Positions 1-9,149 are shown, counted from the stretch's first letter. The stretch is DNA of 13,445 bases from Octopus sinensis (GCF_006345805.1 NW_021826158.1:1-13445), one strand, 5' to 3'. The notes: generated by a model not told the origin, from the letters alone. Numbers and translations are program-made.

Positions 1-404
1 CCTTGGCTATGTGGTATGGTTTGTTGTGATGCTCTTATTTTCACTGTATGGAAAGTGTTTTACGCAGGATGTGTGCAGTGCCTAGTAGTGCTATTTTCCG
101 TATGTTATATATATTTGTTAGCCCGGGTGTTTTTGTTATGTATTTGTCTGAATATTTTTTTATCATGCCTAATGCGCCTACTATGATAGGAATTGTTTCT
201 GTTTTTAGACTCCACATTCGAGTTTCTTCTATTTCTAGGTCTTTGTATTTTGAAAATTTCTCCATTTCTTTTAGAGACACGGTGTCATCTGCTAGTATTG
301 ATACATCAATTAGAAAGCAATTTTTCTTCATGATCTCTGACAACTATATCTGGCCTATTGGCCTTAATTTCTCTATCTGTGTGTATTGGCATATCCCAGA
401 GTAT
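1..404 (-). mobile_element. 5'-truncated R4/Dong-like (RLE-clade) non-LTR retrotransposon fragment: C-terminal restriction-like endonuclease, frameshifted; 3' UTR runs off the window
   Basis: Minus strand reads ILWDMPIHTDREIKANRPDIVVRDHEEK, then after a frameshift near 320 CFLIDVSI..KEMEKFSKYKDLEIE..W..IPIIVGALG..stop at 41-43. These are the RPD / D / K..KY motifs of RLE domains. The 5' end abuts a (TAT)n run at 403-424. Confidence 0.88.
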
Positions 405-469
405 TATTATTATTATTATTATTATCCTCATTAAGCGACTACATGCAGCTACTCCTTATATATATGAGA

Positions 470-920
470 TTTATAACCTTTACTCGATATATATGTGCGT
501 GTGTGTGTGTTATCACCTTTATTCGATATATAAATATATACATATATATATATATTATTATATATATATATTATATAATATATATTCTATATATATATAT
601 ATATATATAAAATCTGTACATCACCTCCAATACTTCTAACATATATATATATCGAGTAAAGGTTATAAACCTCATTAAGGGATCATAAGATCCAATGAAA
701 ATACTGGTTAGTTACCAATCTATAGAAACATCAACTATAAGTTAACCATATGAACCGTGTATGAACTTGTATTTCTAATCGGTATATCCTGACTAACTCT
801 GAAGAGATTCATCTTATAATCATTTTAGTTTTATAAATTAATTATCTAAATATATCTGAATCGAAACAGCTGTCAGAGATGTTGTCATATTTTATAATTA
901 ATAAATAATTTTATCAATTA
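470..920 (+). mobile_element. Penelope-like (pLTR-type) non-coding fragment with a short inverted duplication and a hammerhead motif
   Basis: 25-bp inverted repeat tttataacctttactcgatatatat (470-494) / 645-669 flanks a (TA)-rich tract; hammerhead core at 799-874. Boundaries approximate. Confidence 0.5.
797..876 (+). ncRNA. Minimal type I hammerhead ribozyme motif (long loop II)
   Basis: CTGAAGA 799-805; stem II GATTCA 806-811 / TGAATC 857-862; GAAA 863-866; palindromic stem III ACAGCTGT; GUC cleavage triplet ending 874. Stem I is weak (CT/AG). Confidence 0.7.
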
Positions 921-976
921 CCTCTCTCTTTCTCCTTATTCTTTAAATATAGATATATACATAGTTATATATACAT

Positions 977-1015
<39 letters not shown>

Positions 1016-1137
1016 TGTAAGCTTATAAATATGTACATAAACAATCAAAAATTTATTACAGCATCACTCAATACAAGAGTAGAGATTCTATTTTGAAAAG
1101 TAAGAACCTAGTAGTTCCTTTCTGTTGCTTTTATCTA

Positions 1138-1170
1138 CAGTCTGAAGAAGCCAATGAGGCGAAGTCACTG
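1138..1170 (+). ncRNA. Decayed minimal type I hammerhead motif
   Basis: CAGT-CTGAAGA-A-GCC-aatga-GGC-GAA-GTC-ACTG. Stems I (CAGT/ACTG) and II (GCC/GGC) are intact; GAAGTC equals GAAACGTC with 2 nt deleted. Confidence 0.55.
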
Positions 1171-1200
1171 GCAAATTTTCTTCCCTCTCACCCCATAGTA

Positions 1201-1289
1201 TTTATAAATATATGCATTTATACATACATACACACACACACACACATATATCTATATATATATATACATATATATATACATATATATAT

Positions 1290-1325
<36 letters not shown>

Positions 1326-1516
1326 GTATATCTATATACATATATATATATACATACATATATATCTTTGGTAGAATGACAGGGAGGAATAGAAACTAAT
1401 ACATGAGTACATATATAAATATAAGTGTTGCGTTTGCGACGTGTACACATCTTTATATACCTAAGTATATAAAACTTCAGCCGATATATATTATATATAT
1501 ATGTATATCTATTATA

Positions 1517-1556
<40 letters not shown>

Positions 1557-1557
1557 C

Positions 1558-1589
<32 letters not shown>

Positions 1590-1781
1590 ATGTATATATA
1601 TATATATTATATTATATATTATAAATATATACATATATATATATATGTATGTAAGTGTATGTATGTATATAGATATACATGTATAACATATATATATATA
1701 TATTCACCTATATATATATATATACATAAATACTTATATATATGTACATACATATAATATATGCATATACATATATATTTT

Positions 1782-1831
<50 letters not shown>

Positions 1832-1960
1832 AGAGAGAGAGAGTCATATATCTAAATACACAAATTTTATTTATATATGTGCATATATATACACAGACAT
1901 AAACACAGACACACACACACACACGCACGTACACACGCACACACATACACAATCGCGTAG
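1201..1960. repeat. Compound microsatellites (TA)n/(CA)n/(TG)n/(GA)n with short spacers
   Basis: Directly visible; source of the YIYI/CVCV pseudo-ORFs. Confidence 0.95.
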
Positions 1961-2444
1961 ACACCTAAGAACAACGCAAAACAAAAGAGAAAACAAAATG
2001 TAATAAAACGGATATACACGAAGGAAAGAAAAACCACAAAACAAAACAAAAAAAACAATCGAAATAAAATAAAAATACAAGTGAAAAACTAAATAGACGA
2101 GTAATAAAACACAAGAAACCAGTGACGTGGAGGTCGAGTAAAAGGGGGAATTATGGTAAAGAAATGCATTAGAAGAGCGTTAAAAACAACATTGTGAAAG
2201 AAACTAGTAAAGATATAGGAAAATGTAAAGTTGATTTGGAAGGTGATAAATACGAAACTACGGCTGTTGTATATATTATTGTAGTCATTGGGAATTCAGT
2301 TGCTCGGTAAACGAGCTCATAAAGGTTCTCTAATTAGTGTATATATATAAAAGTTAGCAGAATTCACTCAAACTTATTCAGCTCTGTAGCTTCTCCTGAG
2401 CGTCCGGAAGTAAAGCTATAATGTTTTATATTCGCATCTGTTTT

Positions 2445-2747
2445 GTGTGTGAGTGTACGCACATATGCTGCGTTATGTTAGGTTTGATGGTCTGAATGTA
2501 TGAATGAATGAATGAAAGAATGTATCTGTGTATGTGTGCGTGCGTATGCATGCATTAATATATGTATGTAGGTGTGCGTATGTATGTATGTATGTATGTA
2601 CGTACGTGTGTGCGTGTGTTGGATTTGTGGAGAGAAGAGGTGTAGATATCTACAGCTAACGATGTCTGAATATGTATATCTGTTTGTGTGTATATATATA
2701 CATATATATACATACTGCATACTTTATTTTTGTATATATGCACATGC

Positions 2748-2783
<36 letters not shown>

Positions 2784-3039
2784 ATGTATATATGTGTATA
2801 TAAGCGTGTATATACATATATACATATATATATGTATATATATATATACATTTGGGCATACACACACGCACACACTCACATATGTGTGTGTGCGTGTGTA
2901 GACATACGCAGGCGTACATATTGATATGCACGCGCAAAATGTAGTCATGAATACATCAAACACCCAAACATATTACATACATTCATATACACACACATAC
3001 ATACATTTATACGTACATATATATGTGTTTGTATTTGTG

Positions 3040-3073
<34 letters not shown>

Positions 3074-3145
3074 CGTATGTATATATGTATATATACATGT
3101 ATATACACATGTGTGTATATATATATACATATATACTCACACACA
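2445..3145. repeat. Compound microsatellites (TGAA)n, (TATG)n, (TG)n, (TA)n
   Basis: Directly visible. Confidence 0.95.
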
Positions 3146-3534
3146 GGCACAAGGACCCGGGAACAGGAAGTGCATGTGGTGCGCTTCCACCCGTTAAAAC
3201 TTTTAGGTGTTTGCAGAATCAAAATTTGCACCTGCTACATACATTGCCTGGTTTAGAAGTGTCTAGAAATTGATGGGTAAAATGTAGAAGTTTGGTTTCT
3301 TCTCAAAACAAGAACAAAGGACAAAAATAAATTGATAAAAAGAAGTTTAAAATGTTTACTGATGAAGCTGGTCATAAAATTCCCAAGAGAATTCTAGAAA
3401 GATACACGACGGAACCAAAGCATTATCAACATCAAAATTAAAAGTGTGTATGTATATATATATATATATATATATGTGCGCGTGTGTGTGTGTGTGTGTG
3501 TGTGTGTCTGTGTGTGTGTATGTGTGTGTGTGTA

Positions 3535-3873
3535 ATGGATAATAAAACGAATGGTTTACATCTGGTCGCTTACTGGTTAAGCACGGTCACTTGCTGAGTG
3601 ATCGTTGGGTAAATAACAAATGAAAGACGGATGAAGAATTTTCCTCTGTTTGGGTGTTTTTCTCTCTATAAAACAGAAAGTTGCATTGTAGAACGGTCAT
3701 TTTAACGAGTTTGTTTTATTTATTTATCATCCGACGAGATATGTATGCAACACCGGATGCTCCCGAACTAGTTGTTGTGTGTCCCACAAGAGGAGTCGAT
3801 GCTTGATGTGTCGAAACAACTGTTGTGATTAATATATTCTCGTATATTTCATCTTCTGTCTTTCATTTGTTAT
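3535..3873 (+). mobile_element. Old Penelope-like non-coding fragment with degenerate hammerhead and 16-bp inverted repeat
   Basis: ataacaaatgaaagac (3613-3628) is the exact reverse complement of 3858-3873. CAC-aagagga...C-GAAA-CAACTG-TT-GTG at 3785-3827 resembles a decayed hammerhead. Confidence 0.4.
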
Positions 3874-3951
3874 ATATATATATATATATATATTGGTAAA
3901 AGCGGTAAGATAACAAAAGAAAGAGACTTCATATTAATTAAATAGAGGAAA

Positions 3952-3999
3952 TTATATATATATATATATATATAATATATAATACCATATACATATATA

Positions 4000-4038
<39 letters not shown>

Positions 4039-4074
4039 ATATATATATATATATATATATATTATTATATATAG

Positions 4075-4124
<50 letters not shown>

Positions 4125-4140
4125 TGAGAGAGAGAGATAC
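3952..4140. repeat. (TA)n followed by (GA)n microsatellite
   Basis: Directly visible. Confidence 0.95.
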
Positions 4141-4143
4141 ATA

Positions 4144-5169
4144 CAGTTGCGGCCAAAATGTTCAGAACGGCATTGTTTTCGTCAGAAGAGTAGATATAAG
4201 TTTTTATCAAAGTTGTGTTATATTCTATAATTTTCACAGACAATAAATACGTTATGAATTATTATTGTCTGAAATTTTGGTGTAATTTGAGAGGATAATA
4301 CAAAAGTTATGGATGATTTAGTGATTTACTGCAAAACCTATGGCGACTAAAATGATCAGAACGGTTGAAAAAAATAACAAAATAATCAAAAATGACAGAG
4401 AATACTGGAATTATTTAATATTTAGTGTGAAGCCCTTTAGCTTCAATCACACTTTGACATCTTCGACTGCATGAGGAAACTAAATTTTCAATTTCCTGCT
4501 GGGTGATCTTATTCCATTCTTCCTGAAGGGCTTTCCATAATTGCTCGGTTGTTTTAGGATTTCTGGCTTTCGAACGTTCTCCTAGAATATTCCACACATT
4601 TTCAATAGGATTAAGATCTGGGCTTTGAGCAGACCAATCCATAACAATAATCTTTTCAGCCTTGAGAAGGTTCATGACCACCTTAGCCTTGTGACATGGG
4701 GCATTGTTCTGCATAAATATGGGTGATCACTTAGTTGAATTTCTCAGCACAGGCAAGACATGATCTTTTACAAGTTGTTTATAAACTCCTGCATTTACCT
4801 TTCCATGTAATCGCACCAAAGGGCCCACACCATCTCCAGATATCATCCCCCAAACCATGACACTTCCTCCACCGAATTTAACACTAGTCTTAAGGCATTT
4901 AGGCGACAATTTTTCACCTACTTTTCGACAAACGTACATTTTCCCATCTGAGCCAAATAACATAAACTTAGATTCACCACTGAAATGTACCGTTTGCCAT
5001 TTTTCTTGAGACCACAACACATGTTCGGTTGCAAAGATAAGACAACAATAACAATTAATATTGTATTTATTGTGTGTGAAAATTATAGAAAATAAAACAA
5101 CTTTGATAAAAACTTATACCTACTTTTCTGACGAAAACAATGCCGTTCTGAACATTTTGGCCGCAACTG
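4144..5169 (-). mobile_element. Tc1-family DNA transposon (DD34E, IR/DR type), internally deleted and non-autonomous
   Basis: Termini CAGTTGCGGCCAAAATGTTCAGAACGGC (from 4144) and its reverse complement (ending 5169). TA TSDs at 4142-4143 and 5170-5171. Inverted homology of ~130 bp (4144-4270 / 5040-5169). Transposase remnant inside. Confidence 0.95.
4415..5030 (-). pseudogene. Tc1 transposase catalytic domain, inactivated
   Basis: VHFSGESKF (D1 to G), GGGSVMVWG, in-frame TGA at 4727-4729, MQNNAPCH (D2 to N), QSPDLNPIENVW. 34 residues separate the D2 position and E. The N-terminal HTH region is deleted. Confidence 0.93.
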
Positions 5170-5231
5170 TACATACAAATTTCGCTGCGAATGATTTTGT
5201 TAAGTGGTGTCGAGTTTTACAATCCTGTAAA

Positions 5232-5432
5232 TAATAATCATGGCACTTTTTTACAAGCGTAAAGCTTATAGGGGTCACCGTGCAAACGACTAAGGAAAAT
5301 AGTCTAATAATGGAGCATATAAACCCCTCGACAGAAAAAAAAGTAGGCTTTGCTGTACGCGTGGTATTCGAACCCACATCTCTTTACAAAAGCAACTACG
5401 AACCGCTTAACAAAATCATTCGTACCGAAATT
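5232..5432 (-). mobile_element. tRNA-derived SINE-like repeat, copy 1
   Basis: Minus-strand B-box-like GTGGGTTCGAATACCAC followed by aaagcctacT-run; clearly homologous, in inverted orientation, to ~5640-5790. Confidence 0.55.
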
Positions 5433-5472
5433 GATGCTTGTATATATCTATTTCTTTATATCTATCTATCTA

Positions 5473-5542
<70 letters not shown>

Positions 5543-5611
5543 TTATCTATCTCTTTACAAAAGCAACTACGAACTAATGTAGTTCTTAAATATTTCAGAA
5601 AGGAACAGGCT

Positions 5612-5790
5612 GGTTCGCTGAGGTAATGGGTAACACAGTCGCGTTAAGAAAGGGATGTCGGTTCGAGTCCCACGGGTACGGGAAAGCCTACTTTTTTCTG
5701 TCGTGAGGGTTTATATACCCTTTTATTAGACTATTTTCCTTAGACATTTGCTTGGTGATCGCTATAAACTTGTAAAAAGAGACCATTATT
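5612..5790 (+). mobile_element. tRNA-derived SINE-like repeat, copy 2
   Basis: A-box-like TGAGGTAATGG at 5619-5629; B box GGTTCGAGTCC at 5660-5670 in a T-arm-like stem; T-run from 5692; 3' body shared with copy 1. Confidence 0.6.
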
Positions 5791-5792
5791 TT

Positions 5793-5827
<35 letters not shown>

Positions 5828-5834
<7 letters not shown>

Positions 5835-6500
5835 TCGCCATACTAATATGGCATTCTTATAAAAATAAGAATAAAGCTGTCCGCTTATTAGCTCCATGAG
5901 GCCATCGCCTTAAGTAGCTATTTGATACACAACTGTATCCATATAACCTTCGAACAAGGGAGGTCAGTCGCTCCACACTACTTGATCGACAGCTACAGAC
6001 GCGTTTCGGGGTATTGCCCCTTTTCAATGTAGCGTAGTCAGACCAGTAGGTGTCGCTTCCGACAATCTCTGTTCGAAGGTTTTATTTACCTAGTTTCAGT
6101 GGAATGCATCCACTTGTTTTCAATAATAGAAATATTAAAATTACTAAGTCTCTCTAAAAGAGATCACGGCAGCGTTCCTGGAAAATAATAGTTATCGCCA
6201 TACTAATATGGCATTCTTATAAAAATAAGAATAAAGCTGTCCGCTTATTAGCTCCATGAGGCCATCGCCTTAAGTTAGCTATTTGATACACAAACTGTAT
6301 CCATATAACCTTCGAACAAGGTTATATGGATACAGTTTGTGTATCAAATAGCTAACTTAAGGCGATGGCCTCATGGAGCTAATAAGCGGACAGCTTTATT
6401 CTTATTTTTATAAGAATGCCATATTAGTATGGCGATAACTATTATTTTCCGGGAACGCTGCCGTTGTTCTCTTTTAGAGAGACTTAGTAATTTTAATATT

Positions 6501-6503
<3 letters not shown>
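5828..6503 (-). mobile_element. Young Penelope-like/retrozyme-like non-coding element: ~1.4 tandem copies of a 360-bp unit plus a fold-back inversion
   Basis: Direct repeat 5828-5959 / 6188-6321 (period 360); palindrome 6128-6312 / 6318-6503; hammerhead at 5992-6033 on the minus strand; flanked by (TA)n and (TC)n(TA)n. Confidence 0.8.
5992..6033 (-). ncRNA. Minimal type I hammerhead ribozyme, U3-A8 core variant
   Basis: Minus strand: GCTACA-TTGAAAA-GGGG-caata-CCCC-GAAA-CGCG-TC-TGTAGC. Perfect 6-bp stem I, 4-bp stem II, palindromic ACGCGT stem III, GUC site. Confidence 0.85.
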
Positions 6504-6585
<82 letters not shown>

Positions 6586-7346
6586 ATAGCAGCAACAAGA
6601 AGAACCAGAGCGACATGGCCAGCAATTACGGCCACTCCTCAAAACTGGCACAATTGACTACCGATTAAACTCCACAATGAAAAGCCATTCACTATCTTGC
6701 TATTCGCATTCTTCATCTTCTCTGAATGCTACAACTGACCCATCATCTTCATCATCATTACCATGTTACTACCATAACCACTACTACTACTCTAAGTAGT
6801 GAAGAATCACGCTTTTCTCCTCTCGCCCTCCCCCCTCCCCACCTCAGTCTCATTGTATACCTCACAGCTCCATGAGGAATCTGCCAACTATACTTAAAGT
6901 AAAATCTATAAACGTATGAAACCCCTAAAATATGCCAGTTTTCTCAACGTAAGAGATTATGCACACGCAGTAGCTGTAATTTCACTCATTTGACTGCAAT
7001 AAGATGCTCAACTCGTATAAGCAACACCAGCCAATGCCAAAGCGCACATCTTATTCTACCACCGCCACTACCACTACCACCACCACCTCGCTAAGTGATT
7101 TTTTTTCCAATTGTTTCCTTGTCATTCCTCTGTGTAATTTTTAATGTCTGTCTGTTTGTCTCACTTTGTGTGTGTATATATATATATTCTTTTACTCTTT
7201 TATACTTTAACTTGTTTCGGTCATTTTACTACGGCCATGCTGGAACCTTGTAAGGATTTAGTCGAATGAATCGACCCCAGTACTTCTTTCTTTTTATTTA
7301 CATTATTTACATTGACGGATGTTTGTCCTCATCTTGTTTGTCGTTA

Positions 7347-7390
7347 ACACAACGTTTCGGCTGATATACCCTCCAGCTTTCATCAGGTGT
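7347..7390 (-). ncRNA. Minimal type I hammerhead motif
   Basis: ACAC-CTGATGA-AA-GCTG-gagggtatat-CAGC-C-GAAA-CG-TT-GTGT; palindromic AACGTT; the stem II closing position is an A.C mismatch. Confidence 0.65.
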
Positions 7391-7445
7391 CTTGGGGAAA
7401 TTTCGAACCTCGGTTCTCATTCCTAAGGTATTTTTCGATGTTGTT

Positions 7446-7498
<53 letters not shown>

Positions 7499-7499
7499 G

Positions 7500-7543
7500 A
7501 CACCTGAAGAAAGCTGGAGAGTATATCAGCCGAAACGTTGTGT
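7500..7543 (+). ncRNA. Minimal type I hammerhead motif (inverted partner)
   Basis: ACAC-CTGAAGA-AA-GCTG-gagagtatat-CAGC-C-GAAA-CG-TT-GTGT. Confidence 0.65.
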
Positions 7544-8049
7544 TAACAACAAACAAGATGAGGACAAATATCCGTCAAATGTAAATAATGTAAATAATGT
7601 GCATAATTCCACATCTCTTAAATATATTTCTTTTTGCTTTCTTTAAAGCCTGGCACTTATTCTATCGAACTCTTACTGTCGATCCGCTCAGTTACCGGGA
7701 TGTAAACACACGAACGCCGGTTGTCGAACCGTGATGTGATAAGCGGGGTACAGATATATTGTATTTTCCTATCTGATAATGATGTCGAACAGTAAGTTTT
7801 TACAAATTAATCAAAAATGATTAAGATGTTCTCTTTTCTAATATGAAATTCTTGATCTGCTTGCACTTTTCAACTTTTTTCTTTTATTATCAACTCTGTG
7901 TACTATGTCAAGTCCACCAGAAGCAAAAATGATGGAAATTTCGGATTTCTTCGGTACTGCATCATTATGATAATGCACGACCTTTGGAGATTGCAGTGAT
8001 GCAGTTCAGCGAAAAAATTAATGGTAAAGCACTTCCAACATGACAAGAA

Positions 8050-9110
8050 ATGCCATCGAAATTTTGCATGTCACAAAAACAATTTGTGCCTGAAGAAAAG
8101 ACATTTATAGATGTAAAGAAATGTTCATACTGCCAGTCTGGTTCAAGGAAGACCTGTAGCTTAATTATGATATTCCGCATGATGCTGTTATCTGTTGTGA
8201 TGCCGAAGGAGTTTGGCATAACAGAATTACCACGCCTAAAGAAACTGCCTTCTTGACTTGTGTAGGAAACTGGGACAACATTACATAGCCGTTCCGGTCA
8301 CCACATGAAAGCAGTTAGCACTTTTGACCAAAGACAGACATATCTGTGACTCTGAATAAATCGCCGATTCAGTAACAAGAAGTAGCTTAGCGAACATTAG
8401 AAATTATTTTCAAAACGGTCAGATTCCGCGGTAGGCAAGGCCTAGCATTTACATGACACAGGAAACTTCGTATAGCTCGTAAAAGAACATGCCGAAGAAT
8501 GCAGTGCAGAAGTAAGTCAGTGGCTTAAACGTCGAGATAATTTCCTGATACCATGCAAAATGAAATCCTACGGACATATTCTTATAACTTCCTGCGTGAG
8601 CTGATAAAAGAAATGCTGAAGATTCCATGTTTATTGGTATTAAATGTCATCGCACCACTGATTACTCGAACATGAAACAAGAAACAACCAGTGTCCTTTA
8701 TGTTTCTGAAGAACTGGATACCCACAAAGATTTTCTCGATTTATATAATCCTCCTGGCTGCTCTTCGGACACATTAAGGTTATTCTGGACGTTTTTCGCT
8801 TGGTCCAAAATTATGTTGTTTTTTATTTGATTGTCCGAGTACGTTGAGTGGAAATATTCCAGGCATACAAGATCAAAAGACATGTTTCCTTGAACATATT
8901 TTGTACATTGCGGAAACCACTCTCTGGACCTTGTCCTCCAAGGAAGTTGGCTCTACAGTTGCCATTGTAACTGATACACTGAACTTTGTTCACCAATGCG
9001 CCATTCTTCTGAGTTACCAAAAGGAAAAGCGCGATGGACAAGCCTTTGTCTTGAGAACGCCATGTTACAAGCCGTGTATCCAACTCGTTGATACATTAGA
9101 ACAAAAGCCC
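8050..9110 (+). pseudogene. Degenerate hAT transposase (ZMYM1-like / DUF4371 type with TTF-like zinc finger)
   Basis: In order across frames: WFKEDL*LNYDIPHDAVICC, CVGNW, VRFRGRQGLAF, GNF, WLKRRD, QNEIL, MFIGIKCHRTTDYSNMKQ, YV.EEL..HKDFLDLY, SGNIPGIQ, HCGNHSLDLVLQ. Many stops and frameshifts; no termini identified. Confidence 0.85.
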
Positions 9111-9149
9111 TAAAACGGGCGGAAAGAAACTATAAGAAGATTAAGCATT

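Larger units (their letters stand above)
7296..7626. mobile_element. Penelope-like inverted pLTR pair around (TAT)n, nested in the SINE
   Basis: ~100-bp arms 7294-7393 and 7497-7597 are near-identical reverse complements, each with a hammerhead motif. (TAT)n at 7448-7496. Candidate TSD TTTCTTTTT at 7287-7295 / 7627-7635. Confidence 0.8.
7187..7750 (-). mobile_element. Octopus-type SINE (3' portion), split by an insertion at ~7296-7626
   Basis: tactcttt..ttgtttcggtcattttactacggccatgctgga..tttagtcga..atcgaccccagtactt (7187-7293) continues as aagcctggcacttattctatcg..gttaccgggatgtaaacacac..ggttgtc (~7645-7730). Recognised from memory as an abundant Octopus SINE; family name not verified. Confidence 0.75.

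Noticed and set aside
2100-2445. Non-repetitive island containing CGAAAC near 2253
   Set aside because: No upstream CTGANGA core or stems; identity unknown.
358-3273. Many ORFs rich in YI/CV/HT dipeptides
   Set aside because: Translations of (TA)n/(TG)n/(CA)n microsatellites, which lack stop codons.
3355-3415. CTGATGA at 3359-3365 with a downstream GAAA
   Set aside because: No convincing stem II, palindromic stem III or stem I.
3146-3445. Higher-complexity island, possible exon or TE fragment
   Set aside because: No recognisable protein motif or supported splice structure.
5612-5685. Functional tRNA gene
   Set aside because: Acceptor, D and anticodon arms pair poorly; it is part of a longer repeat.
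6587-7130. Possible exon (SSNKKNQSDMASNYGHSS...)
   Set aside because: Short, starts in a microsatellite, has no recognisable domain, and is interspersed with CAT/ACC/TAC simple repeats.
7392-7646. Poly-Ile/poly-Leu ORFs resembling membrane or signal peptides (also 358-639)
   Set aside because: Produced by (TAT)n repeats.
9110-9140. Possible left mariner TIR
   Set aside because: Too degenerate relative to 9501-9530 to support.
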